Below are positions 1 to 11,891 of a stretch of DNA of 64,000 bases, one piece after another (position 1 is the first letter of the stretch; every line of letters starts with the position of its first letter). The notes beneath the pieces were generated by a model that made no database searches, was not told the origin of the DNA, and was given only the letters and a program-made list of their open reading frames with translations. The stretch covers positions 2,914,001 through 2,978,000 of the forward strand of contig CATNEN010000002.1 in NCBI GenBank assembly GCA_950097015.1, given 5' to 3'. The translations under genes and the position numbers were made by a program. This stretch comes from Macrostomum hystrix. Taxonomy: Eukaryota > Animalia > Platyhelminthes.

Positions 1-1036
1 CGAACTCTACTCGATAATACGACACGATAAACAACACAAATAAATCCTAGACAAAAAGATAGTCCCTATAACAAACAAGACAAATAACGCGAAACCTAAC
101 CAAAATCCCTAACATAAAACCGAGGCGACCAGCAAGCACTTCTGCACTATGGCACAACGATAGTTCTATCGTGCCACACCTAATGTCTGTTCGACGGCGT
201 CCCACCGATGATTGTCGGCGATATGGAGAGTGCTTCCGTGCTTGCCAATCCCTATCTAACACTCCGTCAGCAGTTGGCCAGACGTACCGAGCTCAGCGCA
301 AGCTACTTACTGACGTGGGGTTGAGTGTGGGGGTTTTCTTTGACTAACTAGTTGGACCGGTTTACCTGTCCCGGTATCTATTTACTAGGATGCGTAACAC
401 GAATGAGAACAATATCAAGATCAAGAGCAAGAGCAAGGTCGAACGCGAGACCAGAATCACATGAGAACAATATTTCAGCGCAATAGTCAGTTTTATAGTC
501 AAGCGCCCGCCCCAGCCCTCATCAAAGCCTGGGTGCCGGCCGCGCCGCTTGTTCTTCTGCCAGGTCGACCCTGCCGGTTAACGAACCGGCTGCTGATTGG
601 CCCGGCTCGGGGTGTCGCACTTAAGTCGGTTCACTTCAATCGGCTAGCCGTCCTCCCATTGGTTGGGCCCACCAGACCAGGGCTAGTCTGATGCCTTGGC
701 TGTAGAGCAGGGGTGACCGGCCGGTCGCGTGTTAGGCCTGGCTGGGGTGCGCATGTACAAACAACTAACCTATCAGATACATTAAAATAATTCATAATAT
801 TGACGTGCGCGAATAAGTTACTACAAGTAGAAATATACGCATTATAAAAACATGCCGACACTACAATGGCGCACTCAGAAAAATAACCAGACGAAAAAAT
901 TGCAAACAAAAAAGGAGTACTAACTGGATAAGTGGACACGCAACAAGAACAGTTCATACTAAAAAAACAATTAACAACACTAAAAATAAACTCGAGGGGT
1001 CTAGCATTGCGGCATGAGTCAACGGACACGGTGCAC

Positions 1037-1951
1037 TTACATTGGGGCCATACGCATCAAAGACTCTCGCAACCACCATCCTTCTACAAGTTCAACCACA
1101 GCCTGCCCGTACCGGGCCCTCAGATCCTGTGGTGTCGCTGCCAGTCCGCCGACCATTACTTCCGCTCGGGCTGCAGCCTCTTGAGCCATCTCGCGCCTGG
1201 TGGCCCGATCTTCCGCCGCAAACCCTTGCTGCACCCCCACCGACCAGCTGTCATCCCTCTGCCCCCGTGCGGCTCGGGCCAGGGACTCGGCCATTCCCAA
1301 CACCGCCGCTTCGCGTGCCGGCTCTCTTAGACTCCACTGAGCCCGGCGTTGCCTGCGCCGTTGGGCGCCGCCCCTTCGGCGTCTGGGCCTAGCCACTGCT
1401 TCTTCCCACTCCTCCTGACTATCCTCTGATGAAAGACTCCGAGGCCTAGGAGGCTCAAACTCAGGAGGTGGTGCTGGCCCCTCCGGTTCCTCCTCATCAC
1501 CGCTTGAGTCTTCGTCCAGCACCCCTTCATCTTCCGAGGGCATTCCAAATTGAAGTTGGGCCCAAATGTCCTCATTGGCATCCACTTGGGCATCCATGGA
1601 GCCACTGCTGCAGTCGCTACTTTGTGCCGGCCTGCGCACTTGTACCCCGGCTTCTGCAGTGTCGGGCACTGCCTGCACGGCCTTATTTTGCCTTTTCCCT
1701 GCTGGCCCGGAAGGAGTTGCGGTATGGCGTTTGACCGCCTGCTGCAAACGGGGAAGTGATGGCATAAATTGTTGGTGCCAACTCGGCGAGCACTGTCCCA
1801 ACGGAAAGGGCGCACTACCACCGAATTGACGCCTCAACAGTTCCACCCGTGTACTCACCTCCGCAGGCCCATCTACCCTCCGGACTATACCCATCAGTCG
1901 TGGGCGCGTGGGCACTCGTTCCTGTGGCTGGCGATTCTCTTTGTCTTCCAT
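1037..1951 (-). CDS. Gypsy accessory ORF3 (304 aa; N-terminal DKENxxP, acidic middle, Arg-rich motif; no signal peptide or TM)
   Basis: Open ATG-to-stop ORF about 200 nt downstream of pol. A homologous ORF occupies the same position in copy 2 (30228-31132), with conserved blocks at both termini. Confidence 0.8.
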   Translation of the reverse strand: MEDKENRQPQERVPTRPRLMGIVRRVDGPAEVSTRVELLRRQFGGSAPFPLGQCSPSWHQQFMPSLPRLQQAVKRHTATPSGPAGKRQNKAVQAVPDTAEAGVQVRRPAQSSDCSSGSMDAQVDANEDIWAQLQFGMPSEDEGVLDEDSSGDEEEPEGPAPPPEFEPPRPRSLSSEDSQEEWEEAVARPRRRRGGAQRRRQRRAQWSLREPAREAAVLGMAESLARAARGQRDDSWSVGVQQGFAAEDRATRREMAQEAAARAEVMVGGLAATPQDLRARYGQAVVELVEGWWLRESLMRMAPM

Positions 1952-2140
1952 TTATTTTAGGGACTTCTATGCCCTGATTCGGAAAGAGGAGGTCACTGAA
2001 ACATTGTAGGTAGGCCATACATCGCTCTGATAAAATAGGATTTTTTGCTAGGATCTATTTGTAGCCTTTCAGGCTCTCGCCTAACTCTCTGCGGCCTTTG
2101 CCGCGGCTCTGGATCCCTAGCCTCACCTACTTGAGCAGCC

Positions 2141-4921
2141 TCACCACCTATGCAAAGAGGATGGGATAGGGGGCAGGGTAGGAGAGGGCAACGGACTGTC
2201 CGACGGCAGGACAACCACATCACCAGACGCCTCCCCCGCCTCTTCTCCGTTGCAGATCTTGCGGCCGACCGACTCGTGGAGACTCGACCTGGAGTCAACT
2301 CGTGGTCGCAAGTGCCACCTTCGAGCGCTCCACAGGCCGATCTTGTCGTCGTCGCTGTTCTCGTTGCTGTTGTCTGGTTCGCCGGCCGCGGCAGCTGTCG
2401 GAGGGCTACCCTTGGGTGGCCTCCTGAGCTTTCGCCGTGCCGTGCTCGCCTCCTCCGTCCTGTCGCATATCGAGGCCGGAACCGGAAGCAGGTTGCGCCG
2501 ATGGACTACCAACACCTGCTTCCTGGCCTTCTTGGTGCTACCGTGTCGCCGGATCTTATACACTGTCTCGCCTTTACTCTCGAGTACCACGTATACCGAT
2601 TGAAGAGGCCGATGAAACTTGCTGATCTCTCCGGAATCGATCACCGGGTTGTTAAGTAAGACCAGCTGGCCCAGGCGGAGTGGTTTCGCCTGCGGTCTCT
2701 CTTGGTAGTGCTCTTCCCGCAGCACCTGATACCTCTCGAGCTTGTCCCGGGCACAATTGACCGCCTGGTCTATGCGCTCCTGGAACTGTCGGAGATAATC
2801 TGGCAGGTCTGCGTACTCAGCCAGTGCAGTCAGCGTGTTGTCGACAGGCAGCCGGTACTCCCGTCCGAAGACCAGGAAATACAGTGTGTACCCGGTCACA
2901 GGGTGGACACTGGTGCGCAACGCGATTAAGCACGCGGGCAGCATCAGGTCCCAATCCCTGTGATCCTTTTCCAACAAGCACGTGAGCACTGACTTAATCT
3001 GGCGATTCAGATTTTCGACCTGGCCATTGCTGGCCGGGTTATAGGGACACGTGTGCGTGTGACGGATGCCGTGCAGCTTACAGAAGTCCTCAAACTCTGC
3101 ACTCATAAAGTTCGTCCCCTGGTCCGTGTGCAGCCAGGCTGGTGCACCGTACTCGGGAATGAACCTATCTAGCAGCAGTTTGATCACAGTCTTAGTCTTC
3201 TGGTTTCGCATCGGATAGGCTAACGGGTATTTCGCACAGTTGCATCACACAGGGTTAGGATGTACCGATGTCCTCGGGCACTTGCTTGTGACAAAGGCCC
3301 GATTACGTCGGTGTGCACCCTTCCCAAGACCTCACACACTGGAAAGCTCTGCGGTGGAACCATCTCCTTCCGCCTTGTCTTGCTCTCCAGGCATGTCCTG
3401 CAACGCGCCACGTACCCCGTCGCCTCCGTCCAGAGACCGGGTCTCCAGAACCTGTCTCTCACTCTCTGCACCGTCTTGGACTGGCCGAGATGACCCGCCA
3501 AATGTGAGTCATGCAAGGCCTCAAAGACGCGCGAGTCTAATGCTTTCGGTAGCACCGGTCGCGGCGGCCGGTTGTCATCAAAGTCAATGACGAGCAACCC
3601 GTCGCGCACCTCCAGCTCCTCAAATGCACCCAGGAGGTCTCTGACCTCTTTCGGCATCTCGAGTCGCTGATCGAACCTGGGCTTTTCCCTTCCTGACAGC
3701 TTCAGTTCCGTCAGGTACCTGATTGCTGGGTCTTGGTGCTGAGCTTCTAGCAACTCGACCTGGCTAACCGGCACCCTCAGGAACTCTGTCACCACTGCTC
3801 TTACCGGAGGCAGCTCTCTACTGTCTTCGTCCTCCTTGTCCTTGGACCCAGGAGCCCTGGCAGCAGGGGGTGTCCTTGACAGGCGAGACTGGTCGCAACG
3901 AGTCTGACAACTCCCCTCCACCTCTGCTCCCTGTCCCACGGAGAGACCAACAGTCGGCAGGCAGGACTGGCTGCAACGAGCTGACTGCTGATCCTCCTGA
4001 CCCGAGGACCCTGACACAGCGGGATCCGTCGCTCGCAGGCAGGACTTGCTGCATCGAGCCAGCGACTTCTCCCCTGTTTCTGAGAACTCCTCAACAGCAG
4101 GATTCGGTGTCTGCAGGCAGGACTGGCTGCAACGAGCGGACACTTCCTCCTCTGTCTCCGGACACACCAGAGGCTCCGGATCCGGTGCCTGCAAGCAGAA
4201 CTGGCTGCAACGAGCGGGCACCTTTTCCTTTACCTCTGAGCCTTCTGCCAGCACCTGAGTCTGCACCTGTGCCTTGGCATCACAGCCCCGCACCCAGTGC
4301 TGCTCCCTTGTGGCTCCCTGTCTCCAGCTACCTTCAGTAGCTACCGTCTGCACGGCGGCATCCACAGTGCAGGCAGAACTGGCTGCAACGAGCTGACTGC
4401 GGAGCCCCGTAGACAGGTGCTTCCTGCCTCAAAAGCTGGCCTGCGGTCGTGTCTTCCTGACACCTTTGCAGCACCGCCTTATCTTGGCGCACCTGTACAG
4501 GTTCCAGGACCGGCTCTTCCACCAGTCCTTTAGACACAGCTGCTTCCCTTCCTGATCGGCCGTCAGCGACATCCTGAGCCTTGGGTTTCACCGCTCGCAG
4601 TGGCTCTGCAGCTTCTGTGATTTCATCCTGTTCATTGCCCCTTTCATGTCCCTCCTCCTGCTGACTCGAAAATTGGCGGGTGCACGCACTCGCACCGAAC
4701 TGGATGTGGGGTGTTAATACCCCAAAAGAACAATTAACCGGGTTATCCGGCTTTCTCGATATCGATTCAGCATTTTGGTGAGACTTTCCAGGACGATATA
4801 CATTGGTGAAATCAAACTCACTCATCCTCTCAACCCAACGGCCCAAGATGCCTGTTACCTTGTTGATACAGCGGTGAAAAGACCCTGCCGAATCCGTCAT
4901 GCCATATTGAACTACGTACAA
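2141..4921 (-). pseudogene. pol: Gypsy pol fragment: RNase H end, linker, integrase (frameshifted)
   Basis: HDSHLAGH...CRTC, VHTDVIGP, LHTDQGTNF, SNGQVENLN and a GPY/F-like C-terminus. Frameshift near 3230 (copy 2 reads CDATSKYPFAYPM continuously) and another near 4350. Confidence 0.92.
3879..4393. repeat. 78-bp-period coding repeat with a conserved 25-bp core (encodes ARCSQSCL) in the RNaseH-integrase linker
   Basis: Core GCAGGCAGGACTGGCTGCAACGAGC or variants start at 3879, 3957, 4035, 4113 and 4191 (exact 78-bp spacing), with a further copy at 4369. Confidence 0.9.
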
Positions 4922-4962
4922 ACACAGTCTTTTGGTTGAAGAAGAAATTCTCGTCTTAAAGA

Positions 4963-5250
4963 AATTTACTGAAAGTGTCTACAGATGGCCTTTGAATCAG
5001 AAAAGTATGCTGCGCTTGACTAATATTACTTACTGAGCGGTTTCACATTACTTACTAAATTTCTTACTGGTACACTAGTAGGTAAGAATATGCGATGCAA
5101 TTTGTTTATTTTGAACTAAGTACAACTAAAGTCCTATAGAAATTTACTGAAAGTGTCTACAGATGGCCTTTGCATCAGAAAAGTATGCTGCGCTTGACCA
5201 ATATTACTTCCTTAATTGATTCATATTACTCGTTAAATTTCTTACTGGTA
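4963..5250. repeat. Local duplication of an AT-rich segment, with a third copy at ~6899-7008
   Basis: AATTTACTGAAAGTGTCTACAGATGGCCTTTG...AAGTATGCTGCGCTTGAC occurs at ~4963 and ~5141. AGTATGCTGCGCTTGACTAATATTACTTAC...GCGATGCAATTTGTT recurs at 6901. Confidence 0.8.
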
Positions 5251-5386
5251 CACTGGAAATTGTTCTTACGCAGTCACATAGCGTAGGTCAATGCACATTT
5301 TAGTGTTTCGCAACTTTGCTGCAGAATTTGCTTTACTGAATGAGATGGTTGACTAGATCATTAATAAATTAAAAATTTCAAGGCAC

Positions 5387-6800
5387 TTACTCTGAGACAA
5401 CGTGCAGCAGCGGACGTTTGATGCCTCTGAGCATAGGCGACTGCGCATTCACGGTCGATGCCCATGGAACCGTCGGTGAAACGTAGCTGTTCCAAGTTAA
5501 CTGGACATCATTAGGAAATTCGCTGAACTCATTGCCATGAACTGGTGTAGAGGCGATCATCATAACCGATGGAGCACTCTGATTGAGATCCGCGGCCGTC
5601 ACATACTCGCTCGCGGCCGTGACATACTCGCTCGCGACACCGTGACTTCTGGCTTCTTCTGGGTGTCTGTCACAGTGCCTCCAAGCTTTTCATCAGAAGC
5701 CGACATTTTTCAGCTGGAAGTTATGAATTAGCGAGCATTTAATTGTTATCATTAAAAATGAAAGAGTGTAAATGTAAAAATCGAACTTGTCATAAATGCA
5801 AACTTAAGTTGCACAAGAAAGTAAAAGTAAATAAATTATGGAGTCATTTAAACCAACTTGCTAAAATTCGAAGTAAAGCGTGAAGCAAGCGGAATTATAA
5901 TTTACTTGTTTGCGTTGGAGTATTATGTGAAAGAATAAGCTGCAACATGACTATAAACGCCTACCATAGAAAAATTATATGGAGTTTGAAAGTCATTGAT
6001 AAAAACACGCTTAATTAAACAGTTTTTAGTTTGAATGCATGTTAAAACGTGGTTCATTGTTCACTTTCATTCCATAGACTTTTTCTTCCCTTTGGCGAAA
6101 CGACTCTTCCACATATTTACAAATGAAGGCATCAGCTTGCGCATTTCCTCTCGCTCAGCCGATGAGCAGAAGCGGAGCGATGGGTGACTCTCCACTCCAG
6201 TCATGTAGCTGCTCCTGCTGGGCAGCACCGGATGCGCGAAGCCTGGCCCGTTCTTTTGGAGGAGCTCTTCGATTACAAGTCGAATCGAGCGCCCGACTTT
6301 GCTGTTCATCAGCTCGGTGGACTTTTTTCGTCTTTCTGCCTGCGACATCAGGCCATCGTCGCTACAAAAGGCGTTTGAAGTGTGAAGAGATTTTAGTTTC
6401 TTTGTTGTGCGATTGAAAGCGGAAATATTTAGGTTGCGATACGTTATCAAACCCCAAAGTTTTGTTAAAGTGTATGTCTCTAGAACAAAAAATCCATTAT
6501 GCATAAAAAGCTTTCTGAACAAGTGAAAAAGATATTTACCTTGCAGACTGATCAAAGTTGCAAGCAATGGAGCCCGCCGGAGGGTTTGCAGCTCCTAATG
6601 CGTCTTCTGGTGAACAGGCCCTCGTGTCACACCTGCCAAAGTTAATTGTCCCATCTCTAAGCTACTTTTGAATTACATTCGAACAACAACTGCCAGATTT
6701 ACATATACTAAAATATAACATCAGAAATCAGTTCTCACCTAATTGGTGACAGCAGCAGGCCTTGACGTTGCTCGGGATGGCCAGGAGGAGGCGTGGATAC
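5387..6800 (-). pseudogene. Exon-like fragments of an unidentified spliced gene (probably pseudogenised)
   Basis: GC-richer blocks bounded by AG/GT on the minus strand (for example tttgtag|CGACGATGG...TCATTT|gtaaat near 6370-6123, and cttccag|CTGAAA near 5712). The last block contains in-frame stops. No recognisable domain. Confidence 0.35.
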
Positions 6801-7007
6801 CACAATACTACTTAATGGAGCACTCTCATTGAGCCTGAGTTTTTTACTTAATGGAGCACTCTCGATGAGCTTGAATTGTTTGTTGGAAATAAGAAGTTTA
6901 AGTATGCTGCGCTTGACTAATATTACTTACTGAGCTGTTTTATTACATTACTTACTAAATTTCTTACTGGTACACTAGTAGGCAAGAATATGCGATGCAA
7001 TTTGTTC

Positions 7008-7303
7008 ACCCATCGGCAACACTGTAAACTCAAACTGTCCTCTGTGGTGCACCGAGAACACGGTCAGGTGTCTGTCCTGCTCTCTCAGCGGGATCTGCTA
7101 GAAACCCTGAGTAAGATCGAGGGCGGAATAGTACTGCGCCCTCTCAAGTGCTCGAAGGTCTTCTGAATGTCTGGCAGCGGATAGACATGTTTCAGGCAGC
7201 GGCTGTTTAACTCGCGATAATCTAGGACAATCCTGATCGTCTTGTCTTTCTTAGGGACAATCAGGAGAGGCGTGTTGTAGCTAGAGGTCAACAATTTTGT
7301 CAA
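7008..7303 (-). pseudogene. pol: Gypsy reverse transcriptase fragment
   Basis: SSYNTPLLIVPKKDKTIRIVLDYRELN...YPLP, then after a frameshift YSALDLTQGF*QIPL...FEFTVLPMG (RT motifs). Confidence 0.9.
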
Positions 7304-7589
7304 TTTAATTGCAATTTCATTAATTTTGCCCCGATTTTATTGTCTAGTGTAGGGCTAACCGTTATGATATTTATTATCCCACTGATGCCACCAAAGTTGT
7401 ACCAGGTCTGATCTCACTGCTGCTGTTTTAAATAGATATTTTAGACTGGCGGCCCTTAAATGGGCCGTTTTAACTTCTCAATATGGTAGCGTATGTGTTG
7501 CACGAGCGGTAATTAGGCACTATATGTACTTTCCAGCCGATTAGGCGTTCCCGAGATCAGAGTTTAGCAGTTCCCTCTTAGTAATATTC

Positions 7590-7712
7590 TTAGTATAAAT
7601 CTGAGTATAGGTCTTAGTATAGCTTAGTATGGTTCTCAGTATAGTTCTTAGTATGGTTCTTAGTATAGTTCTTAGTATTGTACTCAGTATATCTCTCAGT
7701 ATCTTCTCACAA
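7590..7712. repeat. 12-bp minisatellite (AGTATAGTTCTT-like), about 9-10 degenerate units
   Basis: Visible tandem; produces the TILR-repeat ORF in the track. Confidence 0.8.
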
Positions 7713-8539
7713 ATGACTAACACAATGAATTATTTCCTCAAATCACTCTTTTATATCTCGAACACACTTAAAGCTTCAACAATGACCTGACTTTCGGCCA
7801 ACAATTTTACTCACACACTCTCTCACTGTCTTACACGCACGGTGAGTTTATTTTTCTGTCTGAAAAACTGCGGCTATATATATAAGAGTATTTTGGCATT
7901 TGTTTAAATGGTGAATTTTCAGAAAATAATATTTACACGGAAATCATTAAAACAAAAATATATTTATACAGTATTACTTTCAATATCAGAAAGGAGTAAA
8001 ACAAAATTTTGTAATTTTTGTATTTATATTTTGATTATATATATTGTATTATATACTTTTGTATGCGTATTTAATTGTTAGATTTTTGAGTATTTTTATT
8101 AAACGTATTTACAACAAAAAAGAAAAATATTTATACTAAAACTGATAATGTACGAGTATTTACACCGTTACAGTGAGATGTTTTGAAGTCCGGTGGACCA
8201 CTCTGAGTCTGAATTTTCAGCTCGGATTTTCGCTTGTATTTATAGTAAAATTTTTAGGGGAAAACTGGTTTAGGACCAGGTGTTTACATTGGGCATACAT
8301 GTTTGCACAGTGAGGTCAAACTTTTTTTTCAGCTGCGTTTTGGGTTTTTTCAGGTGAACATTACCATATTTAGAATTCAAGCAAATACAGCTGTCAGAAC
8401 CGGTTCTCCAGCTTCATGTCACATGACTTTGTTTCTAAAAATAGTGCATGATTCATATCTAAAAATAGATTAAACAATATGGCAAAGTTTCCTTGTAACA
8501 TTACTTTTAAGTAGCACGTTAAGCAAAAAGCATATTTTA

Positions 8540-9100
8540 CTATTCTCTACAAGGGTATTAGTATGTCACCCAGAAAAGTAGGTTGCCAAATGTGTTCTGC
8601 AGAAACAGGCGTCTCAAGGTAAACTCCTTTAAGTAGCTGTCCAACAGCAGCTTGGAGTTACCATACATGGCTCAAAACCTTGCTTTGGCATTTGCCCAGG
8701 AGCCTTTGATGCAATTAGTCTGAGCCTCAGGGTTGTTGAGGTCCACAAAGTTAACACAATTGTTCACAGTCAGGTGATTTAGCAGCTCTTTGTATGCTTG
8801 CCACTGGTGAGTGATGATCCTGTCATGTCCAGGAAAGACATGACAGTGGACAAAGTGATCACCATTTTGCTGCTAGAAGTGCATAGCTTGGTGGCTTGGG
8901 CATGTATCACAGAGCTGACCATTTGCAAGTAGGCAGTACTATATACAAGCCAACAAATTTTTGCAGAATTGTTGGCTGTAATGACAGCAAGCTGGCAAAT
9001 TGTAAGGACCAGATCACATAAGTCATTTTGATTGTACAGGTCATTAAGTGATACAGTAGTCGTAGGTGAAGGGGTAGCCAGCCATTTTCTGTGAGGAAAA
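8540..9100 (-). pseudogene. Highly decayed Merlin/ISXO2 (IS1016-like) transposase, not in the ORF track
   Basis: Manual translation gives FPGHDRIITHQWQAY...VNFVDLNNPEAQTNCIKGSWANAKARF*AMYG...SYLKEF.LRRLF..NTFGNLLFWV. This aligns with ILPGTRILTDGWLAY...HFVDPADPTLHTNTNEGTWAHAKAKL...SHLEEFLWRRLY..NSFGALLYWI at 10689-11000. Confidence 0.8.
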
Positions 9101-10688
9101 ATTATCATTTAAAAATAGGCAAAAAAAGTGCTTAGATATTGGAAATGTGAAATTGCTAGTGGTATATTGCTATAAGAATTGGCTTGGGGATTGAGATACA
9201 GCATGATGGAAAAATGCTTTATGGTAAGTGTAACTTTGACTTCAAGGCACTTATAACTTATGATAAACTTTGTACAAAGCTAAGGCATGTCATCTAGCAT
9301 TTTATCAAGCAGTTTTCTTACTTTTTGTCAAAATGTTTGAAAAAATAGGAGAAAATGATAATAAAATTTGCAAAAGTAAAAGATTGCCCTGCAGTCTTGT
9401 TGCAAAGCAAAACTTTCATTCCTTTGGTTTATGATCCCTAAAATTAGTGACAATCCCTATTGGAAAGATACAAGAGTAAAAAAGTAAGTTTTTAATCACA
9501 TTTCTAAACATCAGTCAAAACTTACTCCACTCATTTTATTTGCCTGTTATTTATTTATCACAACTGAATTCAGTCTAGAGTAACGAAAAGCAACAAAATG
9601 GATCCTATGTATCTAATTTGGTTTAGGATCATTTAAATAAGCAAAATACATATAAGTGATAGTAAACTAAAGGTAGGGGGGTTTTAGTCATAAATGTGCT
9701 ATGTTAAAATCAATGTTGAAGAACTGTTATATGATATGGATCCTATATATCCACATTGGTTTGTAGTCATTTTAATGGGGAAAATACATGTAAATGATCA
9801 TAAACCATCGGTAAAGATAGAGCCCGACCAGGATCCCGATCCCAATCCCGGATAGGCCGGGACCCAACTTTTTTGGAATCCTGACCAAGTTGGGAAAAAT
9901 CTTCAGGAGTTGGGAAAAGTCAGGCGGGATTTAAACAAATAGTTTTCAAATCTTTGGTCGGTGATCTTGTCTTGTGTTTTTGCATTATTCATTTCATCTC
10001 TTCACATCTTTGAAATCATTATTAAAATCTATGAAAAAACAAGTGTGCATCTCCGACCCCGAAGGTCTTTGTTCACCAAAACTATTTTTTATCCAAAAAA
10101 CATTAACTTCTAAGGTATCCTTACTGTCTTTTTCGTGCTGCTACATATACTGTAGCCACTGCCACCCAAATGATGGAATAATGCAAACAACATTGAAATG
10201 GAGCTTATACAGTTGTCCAGCAGAAACTTTCGTCTTGCAAAAAAAATCAACTATCAATACCTTGATTATCTACTCACTTGTCATTACCTATACCTCGTGC
10301 TCCTACATATACGCTCGTACTGTACTGAACGTCTCGGTCTCATTTATTTTTTCTGAATTCTACTTTTCTAACTTCTGAGTCTGACTGAGTACTGGCCACT
10401 ACTTAGTTTTTCTTAATCCTGACCTGAGACAGTCGTTTCTTCTTTGTTCGTTCTCAAAAAGTAGAAATAAGATCTACACTTGTCAAATGAAACACAAATT
10501 GTAAATTTCAAGCAAAGCAATAATGGCTATTAGAAAAGTCTTCACTTCGGCTTATGCAGAAGTAGAACAGTTGGGGCAATGTTCTACTTCCGTTCGTTAA
10601 ATTATTTTTTTGTTTGCAAACGACAGATAACGACAAATAACAAGTTTAACAGTAACAAAAAGTCAGTCGTTGGTCCGTCTTTCTTCCC

Positions 10689-11371
10689 TCAAACCGGGTA
10701 ATAGTGCCTAATCCAGTAGAGGAGGGCACCGAAGCTATTCTTGGGGTATAGACGGCGCCATAGGAATTCTTCGAGGTGGCTTTCAAATAGACCAGCACTT
10801 GTGCCATGCATTTGGCGCAGCTTGGCCTTCGCATGGGCCCAGGTGCCCTCATTGGTATTCGTATGGAGCGTTGGATCGGCCGGGTCCACAAAGTGGAGCC
10901 TGTGGTTGACAAATGCGTGGTTCTGCAAGCCGGCGTATGCGAGCCACCCATCGGTCAAGATGCGGGTCCCTGGCAGGATGTGGCGCTGCAGAATGGGCGA
11001 CCTCGACAATGATGCCTGGGCCACCAAGCTGGACGGGATGGTCAAGCAAATATTGTTGGCCAATGTCCCGAAGAAATTGCTGCCAGTCAACCGCAGTCTG
11101 GCGGGACAGGTCATACTGCTCTCGAATTGTGGTCGATGGCTGTCCAATTGCCCAGTAATAGGCCAGCTCAACCAGCTGGGACAGGGTGCAATGGGACCCT
11201 TCCCAGAACGACCCTTTCAGCACCGACACTTGGGCATTGCAGTTGCGGCAGCCCCGGGCACACCCATCCATAAAGCGGTCACCATCTCGACGCTGCACCC
11301 GCATCTTGATGTTGCAGCGACCGCAGTGCATCGTGTTTGCGAGCAGCCCGTACTTAACAAGCCAGCGCAGG
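10689..11371 (-). pseudogene. Merlin/ISXO2-type DDE transposase, 3' part (internal deletion removes the first catalytic D region)
   Basis: CGRC...C zinc ribbon, KGSFWE, QLGGPGIIVEV, then an abrupt jump to PILQRHILPGTRILTDGWLAY, TNTNEGTW and LEEFLWRR. The junction at ~11000 also shifts frame. Confidence 0.9.
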
Positions 11372-11730
11372 TGTCGCTTGGACAACAAACTAATTAGCAG
11401 TTTGGATAGAGTTTATTTAATGGCAGTGGAAGCAAAAGGTGAGGCAGATAGAAAGGAACATGGACACGCTTGAGGGCACGCTTACACGCTAAGAGAACCT
11501 GTAACGGAGAGGTGGTCTTGTACATAGATATAAAAGTGGTAAACGCAAATGGATGAGGTCACAGACAATAAATAATGTTAGTTGCAACTAATGTGTTAAG
11601 GGGACTAAAAGTACATGAAAACGTAAGACGAAGGCGAAGGCCCAAAAGAGGCGAAGAATTGGAGGATTATAATCCGACAGGTTCGGGGGGGGGCACGAAT
11701 GACACAAACATTGGAAGATGAATTCTGACA
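11372..11730 (-). repeat. BEL 3' LTR (359 bp)
   Basis: TGTCGCTTGG...GAATTCTGACA. Differs from 24290-24647 by 4 substitutions and one poly-G indel (manual count). Confidence 0.96.
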
Positions 11731-11891
11731 TTTTCCGGGGGGGGAACGGAGGACAACAGGCAAAACTGAGTTCACGACGAAAAGTAGTTGGCTAGCACGG
11801 GTGGTCGGATGAACTTCGGGAGCGGTTAAAGCTTTAAACATAGTCAATTGGGCAATTTATTCGTCACAGTAGTAAAATTGATAGGCATTAG

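Larger units (their letters stand above)
750..4921 (-). mobile_element. 5'-truncated Gypsy/Ty3 LTR retrotransposon, copy 1 (RNase H end, repeat linker, integrase, extra ORF3)
   Basis: RNase H C-terminal motif RWVERMSEFDFTNVYRPGKSHQNAESISR, HHCC zinc-binding motif and DDE integrase, followed by ORF3. Colinear with the copy at 29143-33265. Left boundary (LTR) not resolved. Confidence 0.88.

Noticed and set aside
1-750. Candidate 3' LTR of Gypsy copy 1
   Set aside because: A minus-strand TATA (~492), a GC box and CCCCAGCCCTC (as in copy 2's PPT) are present, but I could not fix TG/CA termini or match the region to 29143-29728.
1037-1951. ORF3 as a retroviral-type env
   Set aside because: No signal peptide, TM segment or furin/fusion-peptide layout.
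3879-4393. CRISPR-like pattern (25-bp repeat with ~53-bp variable spacers)
   Set aside because: It lies in frame inside a retrotransposon pol, the period is exactly 26 codons, spacers are mutually similar, and there are no cas genes in this eukaryotic context.
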